In this document: positions 37,875-51,000 of the stretch, piece by piece | How positions within the stretch are numbered: the first letter of the stretch is position 1 | How the letters are laid out: each line of letters starts with the position of its first letter | NCBI GenBank assembly: GCA_002269645.1 | Contig: NIVC01002956.1 | Coordinates: 1-64,000 of the forward strand | Source: Macrostomum lignano | Lineage: Eukaryota | Direction: 5' to 3' | DNA length: 64,000 nt | Notes under the pieces: generated by a model | Told to the model about the DNA's origin: nothing | Databases searched by the model: none | What the model saw: only the letters and a program-made list of their open reading frames with translations | Made by a program: the position numbers and the translations under genes

Positions 37875-38432
37875 GGCTATCCTGCATTTTCGTTCGTTAA
37901 ATTATTTTTTCATTTTTTTCAGCCACACTGCACATCCACATGGCGGGTCATCCAGCTGCTCCTACTACTATCATTCCACCAGCTGAGATAAGACCTACTG
38001 CGGAACTATGCGACCTGCCACTCATAAGGATGCGGGACTTGGCTCTTTTGACCACTGACACACTGTCTCTGATGCGCTGGCTGGCCAAATACCGGCTGCT
38101 GTCAAACGAGCGTCGGTGCCATTGCCCTGCTGCACCTCAAATGTGCCTTCAGCGTCGTCAGGGTGACTGGTATGTGGATGGCTGGGCTTGGGCTTGCAAG
38201 GAGTGTCACGGCCAGGAGTCCATAAGGAAGGGCTCCTTTTTCGAGAGATTACTACCCACTGTAATCCGGAGACTAATGTTTAAACTGACTTGACTATAAC
38301 AAACTTTCTTAAACTTTTCGGGTGTTCTGTATGTCCCATAATATTTTTTATTACCTGTGCTGAACTCGTGAGATCATGTAAAATTAATTCCACGTGAAAA
38401 AATAATTTAATGAACGAAAATGCAGGATAGCC
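37875..38432 (+). mobile_element. Internally deleted Merlin (IS1595/IS1016-related) DNA transposon
   Basis: ~38-bp TIR GGCTATCCTGCATTTTCGTTCRTTAAATTATTTTTTCA. 8-bp TSD GCTAATCT/ACTAATCT (7/8). ORF 37940-38293 has the N-terminal Zn-ribbon (WLAKYRLL..C.C...MCL..DGWAWACKEC...SIRKGSFFE) but no DDE domain. Confidence 0.85.
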
Positions 38433-39285
38433 ACTAATCTATTATGTTATCTAATTCTATATCATGCAAGCCAATATATATATTTTTAACTTAACATAGG
38501 AAATAAGTCTAATTCATAGTATATATTAAAAACTAATACTAATAGATCATTTAGGCTAGTAAAACAATATATATAGTATATATATGGTATATATATATAG
38601 GAATCATTAGACAAGACTAAATAGGCTAAAGCCTATATATATATAATTGATAAATATTCAATAAAAAAATTTAAATTAAATTTAAAAAATCCTATGCAGA
38701 ATTTTATATTTTAACCTAATATTAAGCAATATTGGCAATATAACATAGGCCTATACAAAAGCTAGCAATGAGCTTTAGTATATTTTAATATCATTGTTCA
38801 TTGATAGCAATAAAATAAAGCACAGCATATCTTTTATTTCTATTTAAAGGGAAGTCTGGTACTTTTTAGTTATAAATATAATGAAACAAATATATTTTAA
38901 ATAACTAAACAAGCATAATTTAAAGTTCACCATTTTTATTGTTTATTTTCATAGGCATTTCAGCAATATGGATAGCATAGCAAAAAAGTGCAATAAATGA
39001 TAAGAAACAAATCTGCAAACATTTGTTTGAAGATAATGTATCAGAAAGGGCATTTTAAAAGATGGATAAGTTTAAAAAAGCTTTGATAGAAACTATTATT
39101 TTTATGCCTTATTTATATAAGTTGAATAAATGAATAATAACCACTAGAAATATTTTTGAAGTCCAAGTTGACTGCTTCACAATTTTTCACTGTTTTACTA
39201 TAAATAAATAATTAATTATAGTCTCAAGAAGGCTCATTTTGTACTACTCACTAATGACCAAAATATTTTGTTTTACTTTTTATTT

Positions 39286-39330
39286 CAGGGGTTGGCAACC
39301 TCTGGCCCACAGGCCAGATCCAGCCCGCAA
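39286..39330 (+). mobile_element. Charlie/SPIN-like hAT terminus fragment
   Basis: CAGGGGTTGGCAACCTCTGGCCCACAGGCCAGATCCAGCCCGC resembles hAT MITE left ends. No convincing right end or TSD was found. Confidence 0.45.
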
Positions 39331-40146
39331 ATACTTTCTTTGTGGGCTACAAACTTCCTTAATCTTAATTATTGTAATCTGGCCTGCACCTTTAATGTAA
39401 CTTCATTGCTTCTTTCACAAAAGTTTTGTGCACAAAAATGTGTATTTCTTTCCTCAATTGCCAACCGTAATGACAAATTAGTAATGACACATGAATTGAT
39501 TGTGTAAGTGGCTGTTTACAAACTCTAGACAGACAGCATATCAGTTCAAACTTTTTAAACAAAATTGTACATGGCGCTTTGATTTATTTCTGCATCTTTA
39601 TACAGTTTTGGTAGGTTTTTTGGGTAAAAAATGACCCTCATTTTATTATTTTGCCCCTTTTTCCTATGAAGCTTTTTGAGTTTGGGCTTCAAAGCAGTGC
39701 AGTTTGATGCGCAATGCAAAAATCTACAAGTGTCGAAAGTTTTGTTTTCATACGATTATGCAGTGCTGAGAAAATTGACAAGAATCAATTTTTCAAAAAA
39801 TCACGAGTTTCACATTATTGCTCATTATAATTTTGAGAACATGGTGCGAATAATCCAACTTCGAATTTCTATAGAATAGTTGCTGTACTATATTGGTTTA
39901 AATGGCTGCCATTTGATTTTGCTGCTTTTGGGTTGAAAAATTGATCAGAAATTGATAATTAGTGATTTTTGGCTGATTGGATGCCCAAAAAATGGATGAA
40001 TAAAATTTTAAAAGAATGGTAGATCAAAGGCAAATACTGCAATGAGTTGTCCTTATGTCTGGCTAAAATCAACCAAGTTTTTGAGTGTGCAACAAGTGCT
40101 CATGTGTCAAAGTCAAAAGTGATTAGAAATCAATCAGAGTAGTGAT

Positions 40147-41562
40147 CAGTGTTGCCACTTGTGGCGTTTTTTAACGCTGGCATTTTTTTTGGCGTTAGGC
40201 GTTTTTTTCTCCAAATTCTCACTTTCTGGCGTTTTTTCTTGAATGGTTCATTGATCCTTATAATATTTTTGTACTGCACTCAAATAACAGTAATGCTAAT
40301 AATAAACACTGTACAAAATACAATTTAAAGAACTCGCTTTTGCTTTCCTGCTTAGTAACATTTAGAAACCACTAAAAATACCCCACAGAATTGCCCTTGA
40401 ACCCACAGAACTGCCCTCAACACCACAGAATCACCCTCACCCAATACCATAGGTTATTATTAGCATACCTGACAACTTAAGTATTTTCATATGCATTTCA
40501 ATCATAAGCTGATTTTAAACTCCAGACAACAACAACAAAGAATAATTTCTGTGAGCATGAGCACTGCGTTGAACAATTCAAAGCAAACTCGGCTAACAAC
40601 TTTCGACGCCGCTTGGATTGTTTCCCTAGAAGCAGAGAAATGGTTGACGAAGGGTAAAGTCAATACAGACGCGTTCTGCCTTTTCTGCGATAGACCGATA
40701 CATGTTGGAAGTGGTGGAATTTCCACCATCAAACAGCACATGAAAGCAAATGCAGCTATAGCACTGCAGCAGAAGCAGAAGTCAATCACATCCTTCTGCA
40801 CTAAACAGAAAGATCCAGCAGCTAGTAGTAGCGATGACAAGTCAATCAAAACGACTGCAGCCGAAATTCGCTGGGTGTGGAACTCGGCATACAAATCGAA
40901 GAGCTTTAACACGGAGGACGACAGCCCTGATTTATTCCGAGCCATGTTTTTGGATTCTAAAATCGCTGCAAGCTTTTCTTGTGCCCGCACCAAGCAGGCC
41001 TACTTGCTGTCATTCACAATTGTTCCTTTTGTGCAGCAAAAAATAACTGAGTCGATTGTGGGTGTGGATGCACTAGAATCGTCATTTGGCTTTTACTCCA
41101 TCAGCTATGATGAGAGTGACGGTCTTATGATGATTTGCGTACGTTATTTTAATTCTGAGGGCAGTGTTGTGGTCGAGATGTCGAGATTGAACAGCGTGCA
41201 ATGGACCAAGTCGTTCAGTGTACAGCCGAGGAAGCAGCAAGGCTGAAGCGACAAGCAGAGAATGCTGCTCTTGCACGCCTTCCCCATGTGCCTAAGAAGA
41301 AGAAAAACTAATTATTATAATTTTTGCTCGAAATTTGCTAACAAGTAACTACTGGTTTTTCGTCTTTGGTATTTTTGGAATGAGTGCCGCTGTGTCAGAA
41401 GTCACCAGACACAATATACGTGCAATAGATACAATATAAGTACAATATTCGAATCCGGTAACAGTGATACGGCTAGCAAGGAAGTCCTTTTATGAGAAAA
41501 AAAGTTTGCGTTATTTTTTTCGGCCTGCGTTTTTTTTTCGAAATCAGTCAGTGGCAATACTG
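40147..41562 (+). mobile_element. Non-autonomous hAT transposon with a truncated transposase
   Basis: TIR CAGTRTTGCCACT and a perfect 8-bp TSD GTAGTGAT. ORF 40491-41246 has a BED-like finger (FCLFC..IKQH), DSKIAASFSCARTK and ISYDES, then stops. Subterminal GGCGTTTT repeats are present. Confidence 0.88.
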
Positions 41563-44012
41563 GTAGTGATTTTTTAATATTTGGCTTGAAATCAGGCAAA
41601 AAATACAATAGGACGGCAATATTTTTATGACGCCTGATTTCCCACATGACAAGGCCTATTTGTGTGCAATTTCTAGAGATTTGGTTCATTGGGTAAAAAT
41701 TATTAATAAAAAACTGAAAACTTGATTAGTGACATTTTTGCTACTTCCAGGGCTAAATAACTGGGAAATGGTTGGAATTTTGCACTGAAACCAATGCAGG
41801 GTATTTCAGACATTTAATTTAACAATTTTTTTTTGAGTTTCATAACCATTTAATGCTCTTTTTAGGCAAAAAAATCTTTTTTTGCACCAAAATTCATCAG
41901 ATTAAGCTGCATATACTGCTTTGCAAAATTTGCATTTGCATTCAATTGCTTCCACGTTGCATGGCTTTGGTGTTGGGCTGAGTTAAGCTGGTTAGAAAGG
42001 AAAGGAAAAGAAGGAATAATCGTAGAATGTACACACACTCCTGTCCTTTCTAAGTAGAGGGCTGTGGCGTGAGGGCTTGGCAACTTGGTTTGGAGGGTGT
42101 GTAATAGAGCTTCATTTGACTTGCACACAGACCAAGGAAAATTAGATTGATAAATGGGCGTCACATGATTAGCATTAATATTAGCTTTTTAACTGCACAT
42201 TTGATTTGCAAGCCCAGTAGGCCTACAAAGTTTGGTGGGGGCAAGCTCCAAGTTACTATGTATACAATCCTCCCCTAGACTATTAAGGTCAGGCAATATG
42301 GCTTATGAAGTAGCTACCTATGTATAGTGTTTTGGAAAGACCTTTATTTATAGCTTTCTTTGCAACTCCATTGGAGTGGAGAAGAGGCGTACAGTATCTT
42401 AAGTATACTATCTGATTGAGAGTACAAGGCTTATGTCCCACAAAACTGGCCTGACTTTCTAAGGACTTAAGCTGATGCTTATCTGCGAATCCCTTAAGTG
42501 GATCATGCGCCAAAACAACCAGCTTAATGAGGTGGCATAAGTGCATAACCCTGCTACACTCTGGAGACTTTAGTCATTAGACAATTTTTAGATTGAGGCC
42601 TGCGAGGGCCTATTTTAGAAGATTCAATTCTAGCTCATGGCTGCGGGTCAGATAAGAGAGAAAATGAAAGAGAATAGAGAGAGAAGAGAAACAATATAAG
42701 AGATAAGATGAGAGAGAAGCAACAAGCAAGAGAGGAGATAGGGAGACTAGAAAGATTAGAAATAAGAAAAACAGAACAGCAGACAAAGAGATAAAATGGG
42801 AGAAGTAGAGATTTACATTTTTCTTGAGCTTCTCAAAGTTCTTTTTCATTGGTACAAAACTAGGTTTACCAAGTAGTATGAAGACCAATGTCTAAAAAGA
42901 AGCCCGTTTACTAGTGGCAAAAAGATGTGTGGGTTTCCAGTTCATTCGTCTGAGATTCAGAGAGATTCATTTTGAAGAGACCAACTATCTCTACAGCAGT
43001 TTAACAATGTTAATGAAGAGGTTGTGAGTTGGGCAGCTCCCCACCCCACTCTACATACCCCAGCCCTACCCCATTTCCCGGCAGACGAACAGTTTTAGAA
43101 AGAGAAAACTTTTCGTCTGCTCAGCAGACAAACTGTCAGCAGACGAAACGACTGGCACCCGATGTGTGCATCTTTATACTAGGCCTACTTGTTCAGAAAT
43201 TAATAAAATATATAGCATTATGTTTTCAAAAAAGCCTACACCCTAAGAAAATGAATTTGACAAAACATTATAATACTTTGGTAAAACATTCACTAAAACA
43301 TTACTTTGCAAAAATGGGACTAACAAATAAAATAAATAGGCCTACAAATAAATACAATAAAATATGACTAACAATAAAATAGGACTAACAAATAAGCAAA
43401 AGCAAATAAATATATTATTAGGCCCTAAAGCTTTTCTGTAATTTACATAATCATAATTTTAGTTATTGTGCAGGGCCCCTCCCAATTTCTTTATAAAATA
43501 GTCACCGTTTAGTCAATTTGAATTCACGCCAAAACTAAGAAACATATTTTGTTTTAATACTCGTATTTTCTATAATATTTTGCACTAGCAAATTTTAGTA
43601 TAAATAGAAGCAAATTCGGCGGAGGAAGAACCAACCTCGCGCACCGCGGTTCACTAACAAAATAGTTGATAACAAATAGTAAGAGTTCCGAGAAAATAAG
43701 AATTGAAGTTCTAAGTGTTTTCTGTGTTGATTCTTTTTAAGAAGTTAAGAGTGAAATAGACTGAAGCGTATACAGTATATACAATTGAGAAGCAGCAGCA
43801 TTGAGTAGTAAGAGAATACGAAGTTGTTCTTAAGTAATAAGTGTAAGAATAACCGGAGGCTGTGACCCTCTGATCTCGGTAACGCCCAAGGACTTGCAAA
43901 GTACATGAAATACATATACCAGTATAGCCGATAGACCACTCAGGCCAGAATAATAATAAACGCTACCAGAACAATAGAAACGCTACCGGAATAACAAGAG
44001 AACGATAACAAT

Positions 44013-44333
44013 TGTAAGGGCTAAATAATATTCTAAGAACGATATACTCAGAATAAATACTCAGACTGAATACTCAGACTAAATACTCAGACTGAATACT
44101 CAGACTAAATACTCAGACTAAATACTAAGATATATACTCAGATCAATTCTAAGAAACATTTCTCGGATTATTCTAAGATTGATAAACTCATAATTTATTA
44201 ATAGGATAATCCTGGTGGCAGCTACCAACTTAAAAGATTAGTTTAGCCCCTAGTACAACTTTAGTGACAGCTGTGGAATTATTATTAGAGACAGAAGTAA
44301 CCCCTACCACAACTTGGTTACAGCGGTGGGATT
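44013..44333 (+). mobile_element. LTR (~245 bp, 44013-44257) followed by two degenerate tRNA-Leu-type PBS copies; no internal coding region recognised
   Basis: Termini TGTAAGGGCTAAA and TTTAGCCCCTAGTACA are imperfect inverted repeats. Internal 12-bp repeat AATACTCAGACT. PBS-like sequences at 44262-44280 (15/19) and 44315-44333 (17/19) against TGGTGGCAGCGGTGGGATT. Confidence 0.65.
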
Positions 44334-44779
44334 TTGTATCGTACGGGAACACCACTACCACATTATCATTTATGTAATTTAATTAAAAATGTTTACAAAT
44401 TATTCCATTAAAGATAGCGATAGGCCCCCCTAGCCCTAAGGCGTAAGGCTATACTAGATTTTACATTTTAAAAATATTTTAAAATGCTTGAAACAAAAAT
44501 CAATTTATTTTATAATGTCATTGACATTACTTTTCAGATTGTCAAAAGCATTTTCTGGAAAAACTTGCCCTTGAATTTTAGACTTTTAGTCCTTCCCCTA
44601 TGGCCCTATACCTATACCATTGTACTCAGTACACGTATTTGAGTACCGGGGTTTAGATCTGTGTCTCGGGAGAGGGGTCACAAAATCCCGTATTCTGTCT
44701 ATCCCGGGATCCCAGGATTAGAAAATGTCAAATCCCAGGATTATCCCGGGATTAATATTTTCCAGTACCATCCTGTAGG

Positions 44780-47236
44780 ACGCATTTGTTTTCCCATTGA
44801 TATTCGCATTGATATTCGAATTTTAACAAAAGCAAAATACTAAAAGCAACCCGTACTGGTAGCATGAAACTTTACACAGCGTAAACTGCAACCGTGAAAC
44901 GACTATTGGTCAAGTTTCAGCTCGATATGTAACTTTGGCTCTGAGCTGGAGCGATTTTCGATGTGTTCCATTTAAAATACATGTGATTCCAAAATTCATA
45001 TTGATATTCGAGTACAGGTACTTCTGCTTCACTGATCTTGACGAAACTTTACACAGCGTAAACTGCAACCGTGAAACGACTATTGGTCAAGTTTCAGCTC
45101 GATATGTAACTTTGGCTCTGAGCTGGAGCGATTTTCGATGTGTTCCATTTAAAATACATGTGATTCCAAAATTCATATTGATATTCGAGTACAGGTACTT
45201 CTGCTTCACTGATCTTGACGAAACTTTACACAGAGTAAACTGCAACCGTGAAACGACTATTGGTCAAGTTTCAGCTCGATATGTAACTTTGGCTCTGAGC
45301 TGGAGCGATTTTCGATGTGTTCTATTTAAAATACATGTGATTCCAAAATTCATATTCGAGTACAGGTACTTCTGCTTCACCGATCTTGACGAAACTTTAC
45401 ACAGAGTAAACTGCAACCGTGAAACGACTATTGGTCAAGTTTCCTTCTCCTTAACTACACTTCAATTACACTTCAGATTGAATTGGAGTTTCAGACTACT
45501 AATTCAGACTACTAAAAGTGATTTCTACCTCGATAACAGCACTGCTGAACATTGAACAAAATGAGCAAAAGTGTGCGCCTAATCCAGCTACGAAATAGGG
45601 GACAGATAAGGGATCGAATCACCCAATCAAGCAAGTCTAGGTAGCCTCTCACCCAACCAATCAGAAACTCAACAGCCGGAGACCAGGTAATCCACAGTGA
45701 CCGAATCGGTTTAGTGCTTCGCAGCTCTCGACTCGGGATGATGCTGTCACACCCTTCGCAGATAGCTAGCAGGTGCAATGTTCTTTATCTTGATGTTCGC
45801 TGCTGACGACCGGGGGGATTCGTCCTTGATGATGATGGGGGGAGTCGCGATACGGGGATCAAGAGACGACGGTCGAGCTCCGGGAGGTCTAAGTTAGGCC
45901 AAAGTCCCAGGAGGCGGAGCAGGAGGTTCCAGAGAGGGCACCCAGTTGGGTCCGAGCGGGCCAAAAACTCCGGTTTAAATAGCGGCCAACTGGACCGCAA
46001 TTTGTTATAATGGAACACCTCGATTCTGATTGGCTGAGCCGATTTGTTATAACGCACGTCAAATTTTCTGATTGGCTGAGTTGTTGCCACCCAAAGTCAC
46101 GTGACCGGGAGATCCCGGGAGACCGGGAGTTGAAATTTTTTCAGAGCTGAATCATGCAGTAAGGACAAGGATAACGTAACTTCAGTTGTCCTTGTCATGC
46201 AGATGCACAAGTCGGCTGTTTCAGACGTAAAACGAGAGCAGAGCGAAATAAATTTTACTCTGATATCAAAGAGACTGGAGCGACAGAAGCGTTTCGTAAG
46301 CGGTTCCTGTCACTTGAAAATTTGCCTTTTATAATGTCTAGCAATTGGGATGTGTGTAAAACAAAGACTGTTATGCATAATATCAAGAATCAAGTGGAGG
46401 GAGAGGAGCGGCTACACAATGTACTCTTTTTTGCTTTAGGAAAACCTTAAACTTCTGTACCAGGTTAAATCCTCATACCTAATGCCTGGCCTAATTCACG
46501 AACGTTGTTTAGGATCCTCTTCGTGTAGTATTGTTTTTACACAATCAATTAATGTACGTTTGGTTTGTTCGCTTCAACGTGGTACAGGACCTAATACTTT
46601 TCTATATACTACAATAACTTATCTACAGTACTTAAAACATGTTGCCAACTGTTACTTAATATTATAAATTACTGTTTTATAATTCGTCTTTAAAGCATGC
46701 AAGTCACCCACATACTGCATGATTTTGGCTTTTTACGTTTCTGTTTTCGCTTCTGTCCTTGTAATTAACAGGGTAAACAAAGTAAAATACGTAATTTTAA
46801 AGTGAAATAACTTTTGTCTCCCTCAAGATTTCATCTGTAGATTTACCAACTGCATGTTGGTCTATCTAAACTCTAAACTCTAAAGGATTCATTGCAATAA
46901 AAACCAAACTGACAGTTGCGTCAAACAATTTTAGCTTCCAGTCGGGATTGAAAGGCTTCCATCCAGTGTGTAGAGTTTCGTCAAGATCAGTGAAGCAGAA
47001 GTACCTGTACTCGAATATCAATATGAATTTTGGAATCACATGTATTTTAAATAGAACACATCGAAAATCGCTCCTGCTCAGAGCCAAAGTTACATATCGA
47101 GCTGAAACTTGACCAATAGTCGTTTCACGGTTGCAGTTTACGCTGTGTAAAGTTTCATGCTGCGGGTTGCTTTTAGTATTTTGCTTTTGTTAAAATTCGA
47201 ATATCAATGCGAATATCAATCGGGAAACAAATGCGT
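44780..47236. mobile_element. Foldback-type (FB/MULE-like) element with long modular inverted arms
   Basis: 9-bp TSD TCCTGTAGG at 44771-44779 and 47237-47245; both ends start ACGCATTTGTTT. The left arm 44780-~45443 has ~3.3 tandem 177-bp modules, and the right arm ~46973-47236 is its inverted copy with ~1 module. Confidence 0.85.
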
Positions 47237-48080
47237 TCCTGTAGGCCATCCCGGTGGGAAATTTGAGCGCTGTTTCAAATTATGAGCTAGTTAGGCGCAC
47301 ACATCGGAAATTTACGGCAGGATACATATCGCGTGAATAACATAGCAATGCTTAACAAAAGTTGAAAGAATGATGAAGTGAAATACAAATAGAATAAAAA
47401 ATTCTTCAGAAATTAGCCCGTATGAATAAAAAGAGTAATTTCTCAGGAGAAAATTCTCAAACTCAGAGTCGGAGCAATTGCTCAATCGTGAGAATATTCT
47501 CTGAGTCTGAGCAAGTGCTCATCGGGGGTATGAATAAAGATTAAACCACTTTAAAGCTCACTTTCAGGGAGGTTATTGACATAGATTTTATTTTGCGGGA
47601 TTCAATCGATCACTTTCCCTGACATATTGCAAGGATTATCGTATGTATCTAAATAAGCGAGCTTCTCTCTTCTCTTCCTTCGTGACTCGAGAAATTTCTT
47701 AATGAAATTTTGTCTATGGTAAGAATGTGGGGGCTTCGCCCCCACACCCCCAGCAGGGGCTTCGCCCCCACACCCCCATCCCCAACTTCAACCATAGACA
47801 TACATGTATGGCTCCGGGATTTATCTGAATACATCCCGCAAAATTAAAGTAGTTTAAATAAGATATTCTATGGGTTTGAGGTCGGTATGTAATTAAATCC
47901 CGAGAGCCGAGAACCGAAAAACCCATAGAATATCTTATACATAAACTTAAACTCTGAGAATATTCTCCGTAGCTTGGGTAAATGATCAGAATGCTTTTGG
48001 CCACAGACAAAAATCGTTCATACGGCTTTTTGCCATTAGTACGGCTTTTTACGGCTTTCGTAGGACTTCTTACTCACGAC

Positions 48081-51000
48081 CACAGATACTAAATACCATA
48101 GATGGTTCACTCGACTATATTTAGCAAAACTACTCTCTGTTCGGTAGTATGATCGTAAAAAGCTATATTTATTTATTCAACTGCATGTAGCTGTGAATAA
48201 TTAAGCTAAAACATTGATTATTGACGTTGTCTACACAATCGTAAGTCAAACTTTAATGCTACATTGCTACTGGTATACTCAGTAATTATTTTTATTTATT
48301 TAGCAAGCAAGCAACATTTTTGTGCATTGCAAGTGAGAAAAAAGAACAAAACGGGGTAATATTTATAATACAGTGAAATTAAAATTACCGTAGAATAAAA
48401 GGATGCGACTATAAAGTTCTTAAGTTATACTAGTGTAACAAAGTTAGTGTAGTTTGCGAATTTTCCCCATAGTTTTCTTTTTTTGGGCCACTGCACGCAG
48501 GTTCTTCATTTCACGTCGGCACCAATGGTGCAGCCGTAGGTGAGCAATATTTTTAAAAACCTGATTATGCACCCGCGTGTGATGCAGCTCGCAGGCAGGC
48601 AGTGCTACTAATTGTTCCCGGAGGTGGTTAACAAACCGAGCTGCCACACGAGGCTGGATTATGAAGCTGGATGTCAGGGCTGCGAACTCGGCTTCCATCT
48701 TCATAAATGCAACAAGCGCCACCGGCGAGGGCGCAGTCAACCCGCGGAATGCATGCGAGTAGGTCTTGTGCTGGATGTGAACCCCTGCAGATTCGGATGC
48801 TGTAAGCAAAGAGTTGCACACCTGACAGTGAAGAACTCGGCTTCGCTTTAGCACATATCCGCCAACGTACTCAGCAGCTTCCAGCGAGACATTGCTTGCG
48901 CCCTGCCAGGAGTCCAGTTTTTTTTGGAGCAGCTGCTGCTGTGGATGGCGTGCAACACTGCTTGAGTTCTGTGGACCCGCTTTGGTAGTCACACAGTCTC
49001 CGGCACCGGTGGGGGCGCAGGCTGCTATGATGGCAGCCTCACAGTTGTCGTCTTCGCAGTTGCGAGACGTCGAGTCAGGCTGGGCCAGGCTGCTGGCAGC
49101 CACGGACCGCAGGGCACCGACGAAGGAGCTGAGCTCTGGTCTGTCGTTAAAACCGTTGTGCCCGCGGATGATGCAGAAAAGGTTCTGAAGAGGAGAATTG
49201 TACGATGCCCTTTGTTTCATCAATGCAAATTCTTGTACATTGCTGAACCACTAATTAGGGTGAAGTAATCTTTAAATATTTAATTATGGAAATTAGTCTC
49301 GCTTTTAATAAATTTTGTGAACTTACCTCAACGTGATCTTGAGTAAATCGGCGAGTACACACGTAGTCAAAGTGGTGTTCCCGAATGAGAGTAGTGCACA
49401 GCAGCTTGGTAGCAGAAAGCGATAGGAGCCACCCTTCTTTGAATGGCATCGTAGGCTTAACAGCGCGCCCATTCAGTGGGAGAAAGCGCCAGCTCCGCAC
49501 GAAGTCTTCCGCCTCTGTCAGACGGTCGATCTGCGCCGATAGAGTATCGCGATGAATCGGCTGCTGGAAGCCTTTGCCATAGAGATGCGCTGAGTTCAGC
49601 ATGTCGAAAATGTCATTCAGACGCTTCGCAAATTCAGCTGTCTGCAACGCATCCTCAGATAATCCATTATGATAGACCAAAGTCCTGGTGCCACTTGCAA
49701 CAGAATGGCTTAAAACTTGTGCTGCGAGCGATACTTTCATCTTCTGACCCAGAGCTAAGCTGAAATGAGCGTCGGTGAGCTTGCTTGCTAATCGGAGAGA
49801 TGGGCCGCTGTCGTTCTGATAAAACTGGATGAGATGCTGCCACTTAGCTAGCTTGCACTCGTTGAATTTGATGTCGTTCTACATCGGGGCGTTTCTAGCA
49901 TTTTTAGGCAATGTGGCCGGATGTCCACGATGACGTAGACTGGCTCACCGGTTACAGGGTGACGTAAAAAAGGATTTGCAGTGTCAGCTTGTCTGGAAAG
50001 GTGAGCCCACTGGGTTGACTCTTGATCCGCAACCAGTGCAACGACCTTAATCCCGGCCTTGTGGCTAGCTGTCAGGCACTCATCAATAGCTATCCCGAAT
50101 CCTTCTTGGCCAAGAGTTCGAAAAACAGGATAATATGCGATTGGTTGTTTCCAGTCCTGAAAAACTCCTCGAAGCACAGCGACGATGGCTTCGTTTACAG
50201 GTCTGGGCAACTGCTCCTTGCTGTCATCAGCGGTTCGTGGATCGCAGCCCACCACCATGTCACGATGTTGCTGGTAGCGCAGGCTCGGTGTGAGACTCAT
50301 TCCATCGAAGCAAAGGGTAGCAATCCGCTGCTGATTTGTCGATGATGCATCAAACTTGGACTGCAAGGATCGCATCGTCAAGTTGCAAATCCCAGGCAAT
50401 ACGAAATACTGTCGAATTCGCCGCCTAATTGTCGAACTTGATGGTAGCGGAATTTTCCACTTATTGCGGACCAGTCGGTAAGCTGACGAGCCTTTGTGAT
50501 GCAGCTGAATTGAGCACGCAATGTCTGCTTTGGTCCAGCGCATGCCGCGACTGCGAACATCACGCCTGACCTTCTGCTGCATCAGACGAGTAGCTATTGA
50601 GCTGCTGCTACCCGACTGGACTGCTTTTGCTTTTTCTATTCGCGCTTGCATCTGTCGGATGGTGGTTTTTTGGCGGCGAACTTTGCTGCGCAGCTGAGCG
50701 ATGATGTTATTACTTCGTTGTTCAGCATGACCCTGGTTGGTTGAGCTTGTCTGCTGCTCTTCGGCCTGTGGCGGCTCACCATCAGTGCTGTTGAATGGCT
50801 GCAGTTCAGGTGGATAGAGATTGTCAGCCTCTTCGTCACTGCGAACAACCAAATGTGTCAGGTCATGTGCAATGAGGCGGGGTAGAGTCAGCTCCCTGTC
50901 TGGAACGGCATTCCATCAGCAAACGTGTGGTATCTTCATGTCGCAGAGAAGGACAGCTGTAATCATTGTCAGTAAAATGCACACTGCACACTCGCAATGC

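Noticed and set aside
41700-43600. Short ORFs and a purine-rich tract
   Set aside because: No recognisable motifs; consistent with decayed, low-complexity intergenic DNA.
47270-48080. Possible Harbinger-type MITE (CCCGTATGAA / TTCATACGGC motifs and GAGAATATTCTC palindromes)
   Set aside because: I could not define consistent termini or a TSD.
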